A stretch of DNA of 64,000 nucleotides from Penicillus capitatus (lineage: Eukaryota > Plantae > Chlorophyta): contig OZ287700.1 in assembly GCA_965649825.1 (NCBI GenBank), forward strand, positions 124,001-188,000, written 5' to 3'. Below, one piece after another: positions 1 through 12,719 of the stretch; the first letter of the stretch is position 1, and each line of letters begins with the position of its first letter. A program made the translations under genes and the position numbers. Below the pieces are notes generated by a model. The model saw nothing but the letters and a program-made list of their open reading frames with translations, was not told the DNA's origin and did not search any database.

Positions 1-1059
1 ATTCTTGCTGATTCCCCTCGTATTGCTGTAGGACGAACCGCAAACCGAACCGGGGACTGGTCCACTGCGGCAGTTTGTGCGTGTCATATTCCGAACCAGA
101 TCCGTCTGAGTCAGTAGACCCACGTCCTGACCAGTCGCTGTATCCCTTCCCTGAACGAAGTGCGGCGTGTAGACTGGATCACGGATGCTTTCGGCGAGGT
201 CCATCAGAATGTCCGCGTCTTCCACTTCCTGCAGCGCCAGAATATCAGGCGCGTTGCGTCGAATGACGCCAGCAATGTCTTCCATATGATCTTCTGCCGC
301 TTGGGCATTCTGCCATATATTTTGAGGACGAGGATCGTTGACACCATCGAAGAGGAACTCTGTATTATAGGTTCCGATAATGACGGTGTCTTTTTCCACA
401 GGTTCTGGACACGTATCCAACGAGAATTCTTCCAGTCGACTGCGAATGCTCCAGCAGCTGTCGTCGAATACCGTTTCAGGGCTGGAGGATGTCGTTGGTT
501 CCCTCTCCTGATATTCGACCCGCCATTCCGATTGAGCCGCGTCTATCCAATCGGCATTGCCCCGTGTGACATTCTCATGTCGAATCAGCGCAAAATAACG
601 TGCAGCAATGCTCCTACCTCCAACGGTCCATCGGCCGCCGACCACACCGTCTTCGTCTTCCACTCCGATGGCATCGACGACGACGCCGTTGTCGAGGAGA
701 GCGACATAGTCGTCGTCCGTATAGCGAAGCCCTCCCCACATGACATCGCACGATTCGGAGCTGCGGGGATGGCAGATGGTGTACGTGCTGTTCGGTTCCA
801 AAAGGGCGTCGGTGTGTATCGGCTCGAGTTCGTAGCGTGGTGCCCTTTCGGTGTTGACGCGAACCACCAGTGTGTATTGCGACAAATCCTCAGACGTCTC
901 TCCCGTATTGCGCAGAGTGATACGCTTGCGATAAGAAGAATCGTAGAGCAGCTCTCCAATGATAACATCGCCCAACGAGAGACGACAATGCGAGAGGAAA
1001 AACACAAAGACGTGAAGAGAAAGGAAAACTAAATGTCGAATCCCTCTCGTCGCAGGCAT
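1..1059 (-). CDS. Secreted lamin-tail domain (LTD) + endonuclease/exonuclease/phosphatase (EEP) protein, 3'-truncated by the window edge; absent from the ORF track
   Basis: Manual translation is open from ATG 1059 to base 1. Signal-like MPATRGIRHLVFLSLHVFVFFLSHCRLSLG; LTD-like DVIIGELLY..RITLRNTG..DLSQYTL and DDYVALLDNGVVVDAIG; EEP motifs IIGTYNTEFLFDG, PDILALQEVE, GRDTATGQDVGLLT. No intron needed. Confidence 0.8.
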   Translation of the reverse strand, partial: MPATRGIRHLVFLSLHVFVFFLSHCRLSLGDVIIGELLYDSSYRKRITLRNTGETSEDLSQYTLVVRVNTERAPRYELEPIHTDALLEPNSTYTICHPRSSESCDVMWGGLRYTDDDYVALLDNGVVVDAIGVEDEDGVVGGRWTVGGRSIAARYFALIRHENVTRGNADWIDAAQSEWRVEYQEREPTTSSSPETVFDDSCWSIRSRLEEFSLDTCPEPVEKDTVIIGTYNTEFLFDGVNDPRPQNIWQNAQAAEDHMEDIAGVIRRNAPDILALQEVEDADILMDLAESIRDPVYTPHFVQGRDTATGQDVGLLTQTDLVRNMTRTNCRSGPVPGSVCGSSYSNTRGISKN

Positions 1060-1350
1060 GCTTTGTGAGCTTCAATCAGTTGACGACAGGCTTCTTCACC
1101 TACACACATATATTAGACATATGCATCTCTCCTCTTTCATCGAGGCATCGTTATCCGTCGAACCTTTTTCGGCAATGCAGAGGTCGCGCTTTTCCTGTTG
1201 ACCAAAAGGACGGTCAGAGGTTGTGGTGTTAGGAAGGAGAAGGACTTTTGTTTCAGGACAGGCGCAGCAGATTTTCTTCGGTTTTTTCTCTTGCGGTTCT
1301 GTGTTTTCCAATGATGTTCCTTCGTTGCTCTGCCAAAAAAGGAAACCCAT
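1029..1350 (-). CDS. COX17: Mitochondrial copper chaperone COX17 (3 exons: 1350-1246, 1194-1164, 1099-1029)
   Basis: Spliced product ...KKPKKICCACPETK|EKRDLCIAEK|GEEACRQLIEAHKACLRREGFDI* has the CCxC and twin Cx9C pattern. GT-AG introns of 51 and 64 nt. Confidence 0.9.
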
Positions 1351-1432
1351 CGCTGCACCGCGTCGCGCGTCTCAATAATGGATGGAATGAAGCATTTGGC
1401 AATAAGGAGTGGCATCTTGACAAGCACCTGAC

Positions 1433-4400
1433 ATGCCGGGAACAACCGCGATGATGGCGTCTACAGAAGACGCACAAGCCAATGAGCTACCACAGGAAGG
1501 CGCTATGACGTCCATGCCTCCAGACCATGCTCTGCTCCAACGCGCACAGCTCGCTTTGAAAGCACAGTTGCTTGAAATTCAGCAGGATCTCGCCGATCGC
1601 GTACGAGAAAAGCAAAAAGCGCTGAAGGCAGTCATTCTTAGTGTCGGCCGACGGTCTTGAGTTTGTGGGCATTGCCCATAGGATGCTCAATCGTCTAGAC
1701 AAGAGCACGGCCTCGAGTTGTACGAATTTCAGCAACGCCTTGTCGGCACTCGTAAGGAATTGGACGCGACAGAAATCAATGCCACAAAGGCAGGACAGCA
1801 ACGAAACGAAGTTCGACACCGACGCTTTCTCCGCATGCGTCCTGGATCTCTCGCAGGCCGAGGAGAAACTGAAACACATTCGAAGCGCCGTCCGCGAGGA
1901 ACAAGAAGAAACAACCTGCCAAAAGAAGAAGGCACATTTTCGATCATATAAAAGGCGGCGCATCTGTGACCCGATGTTCTTAGGCCAATGCAGTGCAAAG
2001 CGAATTGGACAGCTTAAATGCCGCCGTCAAGCAGATCGAGGGACATCGAGATGCGTCCAAAGATGAACTGGGCGTAGCACGACGCGAAGCGCAGGCGACG
2101 GCCTCTGCGTCACGTCAACTGGGGAAAGAAAAGGAGGAGCAAGATTTTCTTGTCATCGACTTGGAGCGAGATTTCAAAAGAAGACAGCACGCAAAGGAGG
2201 CACTCCAGGCGCAACTGAAGGCTCAAGCATCAGAGAAACAGATGGCCCATGTGCGAACAAATACATATCGATAAGAAACGCGACATGCGGCGGTAGGAAA
2301 CACTGGTCGAAGCGCAGAAAGATATGGAGAATGTGCACTATGAGAAGAAACAACTCGTTTCTGTCTGGAAATCGAGTCTCGTCTATCTGCAACAGAAGAA
2401 CGAAGCGCTGCAAAACGTTGAGCATAATCTGCAAAAGCGCGCGCAACGCGTCCTGGAACTTCAAAACGAAAACGGGGTGCTGTCCAAGCGCCTCCTAAAG
2501 GAGCAGGTCACGTGTCGACGATGGAAACGAGATAAGACGATTTCTGGCAGGAGACAAGGGAACAAGCAGAGTCGCTGTTGTCGAAGATCCGAAATGACAT
2601 CGACAGTGTCTCCAAGAGGACGACGGAGAGCACTGCTCAGAGAGAGGCATTCGAGAAGGAGTTGTCCAGTGCAAACGCTCAGGCAGATGACATCAACCAG
2701 CAACTCGAACGAGCTCAGCGCGAGGCAGAAGATATCGAACGTGCATCGGAAGCCTGTCGCAGAAACTACGTCAAAGTGAGAAGGCGTATTCCTTAAGCGT
2801 CATTGTGCCATATGCCGACGCGCGTAGATCTGCCAAGATACTCAACAGTTGCACGACGCCGCATTGACAGCGATGCACGAGCAGACAACGACAGAAAGAA
2901 GCGCAAACAAAGCTCTGGAGGATATCCGATCGGTGGTCAAGAAGAGGCAGGAAATAGAGATGCACGTGGTCGATCTGCGCAACGACCTTGCCAAACTCGA
3001 CGTGCGTGTTCGACGGAGATCGGCAACAGTGGAGAGATTGTGTGCGCATTGCTGCAGATGGATATCTTGAATACGCAAAGACACAACGTCGATCTGAAAG
3101 ACACGATGGACGCTTTGGAAGAAGAACTGGACGAACGCGTCGGGGCAATTGATCAGCTCGAACAGGAATCCAGAAAGGGAGAAGGGGCTATTGACAAACA
3201 AACACGAGAACTGGATGCTCTCAACCGACAGTACCAACAGCTGACGGAAAACATGGAGGTCGGGGCTGCGGTTCTCGAAAGTGCGATCGATCTCTTGATG
3301 TGACGTGCAAAGGATGAGACGACGGGTCCATTGGAAGCGACCATTAACAATCTAGAACGCGAGATTGAGAAGAAAGGGATAGAATCTGCTGAACTCCAGC
3401 GTCAGTGGATGCGGCATCAGGTGGATCTTGTGTCAGTAGAGAATCGCAACAACCAACTTGGCGAGAAGCTCTCCCTGATGCACTCCAAAACAACTGTCAT
3501 GACACAAAAGAAACGGAGGCTCGAAGCACAGTAGTCGCATTCCTTGACCTTACGACCCAGAGGTTCCTTGTGGTGGGTGTGCATGGATAGGCTGGAACAG
3601 AATGCCGTGTCACTGAAAGGACTGAAGAGTAACATGCATCATTTGCATCGAGACATCCAGAGCTTGAACGCTGTCATCGCTACGAATGCGGATGCTTCCA
3701 GACTGCTTGAAACACAGACGTTCTCCATCGAGAAAACGATCTCGGCTGAATTGCACGATATTGAAGCGGCTTCACGTGGAATTGAGGACTCCATTCAGCA
3801 AGCAACAGAAGAAAAGAGGTGTCGCATTTCTTCGATAAAGAGGCGATCACACTTTCCTCCCTAAAGGGACGTTGTGGCAGAGATGGTGCAGATAGAAAAG
3901 CACATCATGATCTGGGAAAGAAGACTGGAGCTCGAGCGTGAGATGCAAGCCACATTGTCATCCGATGCCGATCAAGAAGAGACAAACGCGCTGCGTCGTG
4001 ATCTCCACCGAATGGAACTGAAACTCTCCGACCTGCATCGACAACAGGAGATGCACATTCGAGTACGCTCATTCTTTCAGTTCAGATGATGGTCGATAAA
4101 AGAGTGAGATGACAGGAAATGGAGATGGCAATTCACAAGAGGCAGAACATTCGGTTCAGAAACGAGGCGACAAAAATGCGAGACACGACAGAATCTCAGT
4201 TGGAACGCGTCTGCCATGACTTGCGACGCAACATTCGGGCAACAAAGAAAGAGATCGAGGCCACAGATCTTCGAATTCAGGACCTCCAACGACAACGCGA
4301 GCAGCTAACGATCGAACTCACATCCTGTCGCCAGCTAAGGGATCAGGAGAAAGAACGACACGATGACATTCAGCAGAAACTCAACGAAGCACGTCACCAA

Positions 4401-4707
4401 TGCATCCAAATCACTCCTCTATAGCATATCTCACTCTTAGGCTTTCTCACACAAAACGATTGCCTTAATGAAGACGGTTGTCTACCAGAGACTGGTCAAA
4501 AAGCTAGAAGATGCGTCTAGTGGGAGCTTCCGCTCTCCTCTGCACAAACAGGACAGTCTATCTGCTGAGCTGCACAAGGCCGTGTCCAAATCGAGTGCCA
4601 TACGCGACATCTTTGAGCAAAAATGCCAAAACTGTCCTATTGACTGTTTTGCACAGGGTTTAGCCCAGCTGGATGCTTTGGATGTCATTTACGCGTGTCA
4701 AATGTAA
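1433..4707 (+). CDS. CCDC40: Axonemal coiled-coil ruler protein CCDC40/FAP172-like (~13 exons)
   Basis: Motifs GLELYEFQQ, ENVHYEKKQLVSVWKSSL, DETTGPLEATINNL, EKHIMIWERRLELEREMQ. Frames join through ~45-60 nt introns, three with GC donors (1628, 1932, 4389). Start could be 1433 or a nearby downstream ATG. Confidence 0.85.
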
Positions 4708-4770
4708 TCAGACGTGCGGTTCCATGTCTCTCGCTTTCTATGCGTCCCGTTGTTCTGTGGCGTTGCTGTT

Positions 4771-5554
4771 ATGTCCCATGCTCTTCTCACGGCCACTCGA
4801 TTAAATGTCCTTTCGCGAAGGATGGAAAGAGGATGGATCCAGCAGGGAGTACGACGTGCTGCATTGCCCCTTCACAAATGGCACCTGCAGCGGCGAAGGG
4901 TTCTGATGGCGGTGTTCGTGGCGGCCATCAAACGCAGAGAAGACCGCTTTCCTTTTGACAAACCTCTAAACGACCAAGTCTTTTCAACGTGCACCGCACT
5001 TGCCTTCCGACACGGAGAGCGTCATGGCATACCCCATAGATCCGAGGGACTCCAAGTCTCACTCTATACGCCTTTCAAAAACTTGCCTCCTGAGGGACGT
5101 GTACGTCTCTGTCTTCTCATTAAGTCACATCACTCATACATGGGCGAAACAGATTTTGAATGAAGCAGAGGAGAAGTGTGATCCAGAAGTACAATTTTGC
5201 AAAGTAATGCACCCATGGTCTGCAATGCGATCACCATAATGGCATGGTCTGTATGCCAGACACCGACATACGTATACGAAACCTTGTGTCCGTTTTGCAA
5301 CGGTACTGGAATGGTGGAGTCCAAATCTAAAGGTCGACGTATGCAGCACACCTGTCTCTCCTGCCATGGTTTGGGTCCGTCAACACCCATCCGGCCAATT
5401 CTCTTTTCTGAGAACAAAAGTGTGACTAGGTTATGTCAGGAGAGTGACATCCCGATTCGTGCCAGATGTGAATGACGATGGCATCGGTCCGAATTTTACG
5501 TTGCGGCCTGAACTCAGGAATGGAAAGAATCCACCTCCGGATGCCAAGAGATGA
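4771..5554 (+). CDS. DnaJ-type cysteine-rich (CxxCxGxG) zinc-finger protein, probably plastid-targeted
   Basis: CPFCNGTG...CLSCHGLG|YVRRVTSRFVPD after splicing; basic/Ser-rich N-terminus. Start uncertain. Confidence 0.65.
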
Positions 5555-5696
5555 GAGAGATATCTCTGTTGCATGCATGAGAATACATGACGTCACGTAT
5601 GACTGGCAGAACGTGCTCAGACATTCGTAGATGAGGTGTTTACAGAGACAGAATACCGGGCGTTCGAAATTGCTTGGGACGGTTGTCAAGAACCTG

Positions 5697-6283
5697 TTAG
5701 ATCTCTTGCGCCAAAACGGGATCCTGTACGACTATTAAATGAAACTCCGCATCTGCACAGCACCGTTCAGCACACGAGCAAGAGAGGACGGTGCGCGTAT
5801 ACATGCCGCCACCATAATCTCATGATCCTTGGAACGGATCCGATAGAACTCCAGATCATTCTACAGAAAACCAGGAGGCCAGTAACGTCATCCTTATGCA
5901 GCACAGGGTGTGTTCTGGACCTGAGGGTCGAGATCGCGAACGAGATGACGGGCTAGGTATGAGAGATCCGGAATGCGACTTCGATACTGCTCGCTGAGAT
6001 GCTCCTAGTCAAGTCACGATCGACGAGCGATTCGAGCAGAAAGGCAAGGGATATCGACGTCGAAGGTGGTCTTGACGACGGTGTCATCGCGATCGAGGAT
6101 CATGAGACCCAATACACCCTAGTTCGTGCAGTCCGTCTCTTTGACGGCGCCTTGCGCTTAAATTTTCATGCATGTTTTTTACTTTGTTGTTTTGAATTCG
6201 TGCGATCATTTGTTCGACGTCTGTCTAGAACACACTCATGAAAAGGTCAAAAAAGATGCCATCCGAAGTCCGTTCGCGACCAT
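5697..6283 (-). CDS. DYNLRB: Dynein light chain roadblock/LC7 family (multi-exon; absent from the ORF track)
   Basis: Spliced M|TDVEQMIARIQNNK|GVLGLMILDRDDTVVKTTFD|EHLSEQYRSRIPDLSYLARHLVRDLDPQ|NDLEFYRIRSKDHEIMVAA|YAEFHLIVVQDP matches the roadblock signature VRDxDPxNDLxFxRIRSKxHEIMVA. Confidence 0.85.
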
Positions 6284-6569
6284 GGGGACCGAAACGTTCG
6301 AGCTTCACCAGGAGTCGTGAGAAATCTATCACTACAGCGTCAACGCCTGTGACATGACGTGACGCGACATGTGTTATACATCTGTAGGTGCCGATCTTGG
6401 CAAGCAAGAAATTTCAGCAAAGCATCCCTTGGACGTCAGTGGAATCAGGATTGGCATGCCCGAACGTCAAGAAATAAACAGATGATGGGTTTTCTCTGCC
6501 AGGACTCTCTCAGTCTTTGAATGCCAAAAAAGCAAGAACAATAAAGAATTGACAGCATGATTGTCATAT

Positions 6570-7521
6570 TCAACAGTACCTGGCAACAAATTCCTTGACA
6601 AACCCGATTTGTTGACGGGTCTGCGGTGAACGATAAGCTACAGGTCAAGCGTCATGATGATCCCATCTGACAGATAAGAGTGCGACGTACTTCCATCCTT
6701 GCGTGTCAAGAAAGCACGACCGATTCGTTCCAGAGACTCTTCCGCTGAAATTCTGTACGACAGGAATGCGAAAAGAGTGAGAGATCGTTGAATGAGGTAT
6801 GCGTACCTATAGACTTTGGAGAGGAGGCAACATGCGACGAGTCCGGCACGTCCTCGACCTCCCCAGCAATGGATGTAGAGTTTCTCGCCTTTCCTCAATC
6901 GATCTTCGATCTCCATTAAGATGCCATACAATGCATCCATATCTGGAACGGATAGATCCCTGACGGGAAAGTGCAGTGCCGTGATCCTTTCGCCAGCGAG
7001 CTTCTCACATTGTGAGAGATAAGGGTGGAATCCGTCTATGGGACCATTATTGCGCATGAAGTTCTGTTCTGGCAGCTCTTCCTGCCAGACGGACATTTTC
7101 AAAAGAGTGAGATGATGTGACAGATGAGTGACTTGAAGACAGACAAAGGTCCGGATGCCTGTCTTAAGAATTGATTTCAGCTGTTTCATGCCTTTTTCAC
7201 GAGTGTGGCAACGTCCGGGTTCAATGAATGGGTAGCGCCCAACCATCAACCTCCCAGGAATGACCCAGTTGGAAAATTGTGAGAAGGCATGCGTTGTTTC
7301 GTAGTCTTCAGAATCTGGATCACGAATGGCAACGTTATGTGTGAGACGCGTTCGTCCGTGTGAGAAAAGAGACCATCAATGGGACACAGAGATGGCAAGG
7401 TCCTGACGACGCTATGGTCATGTGAAGCGCCGCTGACGCGGGGGAGCATTCGGGTTTTAGTGCCCTTCGCATCCTGCGTCCACGGTAACGCCTTCAGAAA
7501 CACAGAGGCCATGCCGATCAT
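6570..7521 (-). CDS. Cys-based protein tyrosine/dual-specificity phosphatase
   Basis: FSNWVIPGRLMVGRYP; catalytic HCWGGRGRAG (CX5R); C-terminal SPQTRQQIGFV after splicing. Confidence 0.8.
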
Positions 7522-7899
7522 CCGACTCTCTTTGTTCTGTTCCAGTCAAAAACGTCTTGTCCGGCAGCGATGGGCAGTATCTGATCTGTGGCCCTTTGGA
7601 CGCCCAAATAACGTATCCTCGACAAATCGTATATACAACACATCGGGCAGGCGGACAGGCACGTTTGTCTACGGTTCACATACGGTCACCAGGCAACCGA
7701 GACTCCATCCACGACACGGACAGCGCGCCGAGAGCGGCGAATAGAGTTGGACGCGTAGGGTGTGTGGCAGAAAGGCACGATAGGAAGTGTATATAGGGGT
7801 GCTTGCTGTTCAAGACGTCGCTGCCTTGTGGCTAATGACGCATGTCTATAATGATTCTGTCATCCGTCATCGATCGTATGTGCAACGCGTCGTGACGCT

Positions 7900-8910
7900 A
7901 TGGTACTCGAGCGTCATCGTTCTCCAGAAATTCGTCATGTGCTTCTTGACCTGGACGAGACGCTTTACTCCAATCCTGCCGTCGTGGCTTCCATGATACA
8001 CGAAATCGAACGTACACACATGCTGCACAGCCAATCACCAATCACCGATGCATGTCCCACAACCGACATCTCGCTTTCAGGCTTCATGCAGAAGAAGCTG
8101 GGTTTATCTCCCGAAGAAGCCACACGTTTGCGGTCCGAGTATCACGACAAGTATGGAACGACCATCACTGGCTTGGTGGTAAGTGACCCACACAATGCCA
8201 TCGTATGGGTATCTTAGTCTGCGACAGGCTGAGGGGCATGCATTTGATCGGGATGAGTACCAGAGGGATGTTCATGCCATGGACTACAATGTCATGATTC
8301 GTCCACATCCAGCACTGAAAACGCTGCTGCTGCAGATCGACCCGCCAGTGTACATCTTCACAAACGGCGATCGAGAACACGCAGAAAAGTGCCTGCAATG
8401 TATGGACATGGAGAATATCTTTCAAGTGATGCTCGAGCACTCTGCTGGTCACTTAAGAGAGAGGATTGGACAGGGAATCATCTGCTACAATTCCTTGCAG
8501 GAGAATGCCAGAGATGCAGGAATGGATATGTCGAGCAGAGTTGTATGTAAACCGCACCCAGAAGTGATGCCGTCTGGTGCCTGAGATGATGTGACTGGAG
8601 GCTGTCTAGGCTTTTCACCTTGCCATGCGTTCCGTCGATGCCAGCCCCGAGACCACGCTCTTCATTGATGACAGTCTGAGAAACTGTTTTGCAGCCAAGG
8701 AACTAGGCATGCAGACACTACTGGTCTTCAATGTGTTCACAAACGATGCGTGTGCTAATGGGGAGAGATGTGTAGGTTCATCCCACGCGTTATGAGACAT
8801 CTCTGCCATCGGCGTCCTCTTTGATGGAACTCCCTCAGTTTTATCCACAACTATTTCGTGACAGGACAGCATCTGCAGAGCCAACACAGATCGTCTTTGG
8901 ACACTCCTAG
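7900..8910 (+). CDS. HAD-superfamily pyrimidine 5'-nucleotidase (SDT1-like)
   Basis: LLDLDETLY (motif I), YGTTITGL, IFTNGD, CKPHPE, LFIDDSLRN (motif IV). Confidence 0.85.
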
Positions 8911-8984
8911 CATTCTTTCTCGCAACATTATTGATTATCCTATCTATCCAGCCAGTCAGCTACGAGATCTATTTTCTGAAAGAA

Positions 8985-11670
8985 TCACAACTCGTCCTTT
9001 TTCCGATCTCCGCTCTCATCGACCTAAAGCACGTTTCGCAGTTGGTGTCATTGGCCTGTCACATCAAAGGGCCACCTCGATGTCTTTCAGCTCTTCCAAG
9101 TCGATCTCTTCCTCCAATTCCTCTGATGTCTCTTCCATCTGCAGTCCTGGAATCTCCTGCAGGAAAGGTGACATCTCAGATAGGTGGTGGAGAGAAGAGC
9201 CATCCAACTTCGCATGGGTATGTGTGTTCCCGGCCTTGCATGATTCCGTCAAGGAAGTCATTGACTTCACGAAGGTTGGTCTGTCTCTTCAGCGTGGCAT
9301 AACGCAGTTTCTTGGGGCTGAGCACAATCAGCGTCGGGGCATCGCCCTTTCCCACTCCAAATGTGGAAATGAAGTGCGTTGCATCGCCAGCATCCACCCA
9401 GGCAAAGCTGAAGGTACTCGATTCCTGTGTCTTCTGCAGCACAAGGTTTTCGAGCCATTCCATGTGACTCTGGTAGTTCGCCATTTCCCGATTCAGCACC
9501 GCAAACACACAGAGTGGCACAGAGGTATTGCAAGCAGCTGTCACATCAGCATCGGACACAATTCTGGGAACCTCCTTCTTCGCCTCAGGCACAAAGAAGG
9601 GATCCTGGACCTCTGAATGACACACAGACTGCTCCCTTGTGTCACTCTCTCTTGTCAAATCACACCTTTTCTGTCGGTCTTGAGCGTAATGAACAGTGCT
9701 TCGATCCATCCCTTCATGGCTTCAAAGCGCAGGGGGCCTGGATACTGTGGTGCCAAGACCTGCTTTCCCTCTTCAGCTGTTGGATCAAAATACACAACGG
9801 ACAACGCCGGAAGCTTCTTGATCTTAAAATCGTTCCTCAGCGTGGATTCTGTCGCGGGGATGAAAGCAAAATCCGCCTTCCAATGACGTAGGGACATCGC
9901 CAGAGCCGAGAAAACCGACGGACATGATTCAAAGGTCGAAAACAGCAACACCTGTCATCCATTGCGCCATAAGAGGCAGCATGCTTAGACGATGTGACAC
10001 TTTGGGTCTCGGTCTTGCTCCCTCAGGAACATTAACGAATCCTGCCATTGTCCGCGCGTCCACTTTGTCAGGAATGATCTCATTGGCTTCCAACGCAAAG
10101 GACTGGAGTTTCTTGGACTCGAATGCATCACTCGGGTAGGTTTCATACTCGTCCAGTGCATTCTTTTTCACTCCAAAAGGAAATCTCACTATCTATAACC
10201 ACATGGACGCATATCTCCCTTGCTGCAGATGGTATCTATCTGATGCACCGTCATCTGGCAAGGCCGGGTCGCCATGGCAGCGGGATCAATGTCCATGTCT
10301 TCCAGATCGGCATGCTCTGGATGGGCTGTCAGATTGTAGAAGCCGATTCGGATCATTTCCCTGAGTCGCTTGACTGCCTCGTCAAATTCCGTCACATTCT
10401 CAACACAGCGTGTCCCTGTTTCAGCGACAACCCCGATTCGATGAACGATGCCTGTGTTGTTTGGAGAAGACCTTTAGGGTCTGCAAAGAAGGCAACCAGC
10501 CAGATATTCTCATCCACATCGATCTTGTCCAGATCAGCTGCTTCGAGGAAACGCAGTTCGGTGGCGATCTCTGCTTCAGCTGGCGGCACTTCGAGCGCTT
10601 CGTCCAAGAAAGCCATCAGCGCAGTGGCCTTCAGAGGGTCAGAATAACGCAAAACAGCCTCTCCCTGCATCTCAGATCTGTCGCCGTTGTGCAGAATGCA
10701 AAAAAATGCAAAAACCTTCAAAACGAGCAGCGATGGAAATTGCTGTATGTTATAGGCCTCGATGAGTTCACGGTTTGTCCTTGAAGGGATTTCGAAGAAC
10801 GAAGCAAAATCATGATACTTCCACGAGAGGCTTTTGTACAGCCACGTCGTTTCCGTTTTCTCCGTGAACAGCACGACACGTATGGGGTGTTTGCTGCTCG
10901 ATGCCTGCTCCAATGTCTCTCCTTCCTTCATCTTGTAAATGTGTTCATCTGATAAGAGTGACCGAATGGCTCGAGCCATGGCTTTTGCCGAACGATATCC
11001 TGCGAGACATCTCTCGACGGTGCCCTTCGAAACTGAGTCGATCCGTGCGGTATACCTTTGTAGTCCTGTGGATGCGACATGCTTTGCGGGTTGCGCTGGA
11101 CATCTGGTGAAAACAGCTGCGCACAGGTCAACGTGGTATCGTATGTATGGGGACATGTCTGGGATCGTGCCTTGATGGTCGGGAAATCCTTGACTTCATA
11201 TCTTCGACAGATTTCGTGATTGGAAGAGTCGGAACAATCGACAGCAGCCAATCGAATGGCACCCTTCATCGCACTCATCTCCACACGCTCGTACAGAAAG
11301 GAGACACACATACTTCGTAATGCAGTGCCAGTTCTTGATAGGTCGATGAAAATTGCTCGCTCTGTTCACAGTATGGGACGTAGAATAGCACCTGCGAGTC
11401 ATCGATGGTATCATCGACGGTTGGGCAACCACTAATGGAAAGATACATACAACGGAGGCTGTGGCATTAGCCATGAGTGTCTTGTCAAAGGTCTTTATTG
11501 TGAGACTCTCTACTGCATCTCTCTTGGTGAAGAGCTCTTTTCCATCTAGAGTGGCGGCGAGACATGTCCATATCCAACACCCAACTGCGACAAGACGCGA
11601 GAAAAGTGATCCCGTGTCTTCTTTTGATAGACTCTGGGCGTCGAGGCGCACCTAGAAGTCTCCAACGCAT
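8985..11670 (-). CDS. ER-resident multi-thioredoxin-fold PDI-like protein ending in KDEL
   Basis: Several Trx-like segments (AAVDC..EICRRYEVKDFPTIK; FAWVDAG). Last exon reads VDESGDRKKDEL*. Hydrophobic N-terminal stretch; start model tentative. Confidence 0.75.
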
Positions 11671-11797
11671 GTTTGCTAAGTCGGGGTATTATGTTCTCGG
11701 GGTGACACCTACAGAGATAGGGCGGTGCGCGCACCGATGAATCGTCGTGGTCAGACAAGCGATTGACACATGTTGCTAAGTCAAAAACCGCAAGCGG

Positions 11798-12696
11798 TTG
11801 GGCAAACGCCCCCGTTGCCTTGGCGTCGAGGCAGATTTCACATCAACAACGTCTCCTGCCACGTTTAGCTTCGCAGAAACTCCCGCAACTGCTGAAACAG
11901 CATCTGCACAGGTTCTGCCTTTCGGACACGGTCTCGGGTTTGTACGTTCAGTCAGCCGGCGTCCACTTCCCCACGTCCGCCAACGGAGAAGGCGCCCCCT
12001 GTCACGTCACCATGCACTGCGGTGTCGAGCGATGGTGAATGTCGATGTCTTCTCCCCATCGTTGATTCTGGGAGTATCTGTGATCGGATCGGGTGTCTTC
12101 CTCTCTGCAGTAAGTACAGATCTGTCACATCATCCTTGTCGCTGAATGGATGATCACAGGTTCGATCATCGAATGCCACGATTTCGAAGGATTCCGATGT
12201 GTTCCTCTCTTCTCTGATCATCGTTGCTGGCGGTACCCTTGTCTTTCAGGGATGGAGATTGGATCCTCTCATGTTGCTCTCTCAGCTCATGATGTGCAGC
12301 GTCGCCGCCACGTTTGCATTAGAAGCGCTCAGTCTGAGAAAACGTTGCATGGATACGACAGACGCCATCGATTCGGCGTGGAGTCCACGCAATCGACCGT
12401 CCCCTCAAGAACCAGAAAGAAGAAAAGAAGACGACGACACGTTCTTTTACGATATGGATGACATCCCGTACGAAGGACGACCGTCAGGACTGCCTTCAGC
12501 CAGATCATCATCATCTCTCAACGATTACCTCTCTCGCGATGCCATGGACGCCGGATGGTCCGTCGAAGATTCAGAATCGGATCCCTATGATGCCGATGAT
12601 GAGGAAGGGCCTCCATGGGACGCAACATCGCGTCGAACAGGAGAGAATCCACGCAGAGGTGACGGTACTCTGCAGACCGTTGAAGATTGGGAATGA
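11798..12696 (+). CDS. Nuclear-encoded Ycf66-family membrane protein with transit-peptide-like N-terminus
   Basis: MVNVDVFSPSLILGV... and GGTLVFQGWRLDPLMLLSQL, the Ycf66 N-domain signature QGWRLDP; acidic tail. Confidence 0.8.
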
Positions 12697-12719
12697 TGTG
12701 ACTTTTCTATCATGTTCAG

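Noticed and set aside
160-1032. 290-aa plus-strand ORF
   Set aside because: Antisense shadow of the minus-strand LTD-EEP gene, which has clear domain motifs; the plus frame has none.
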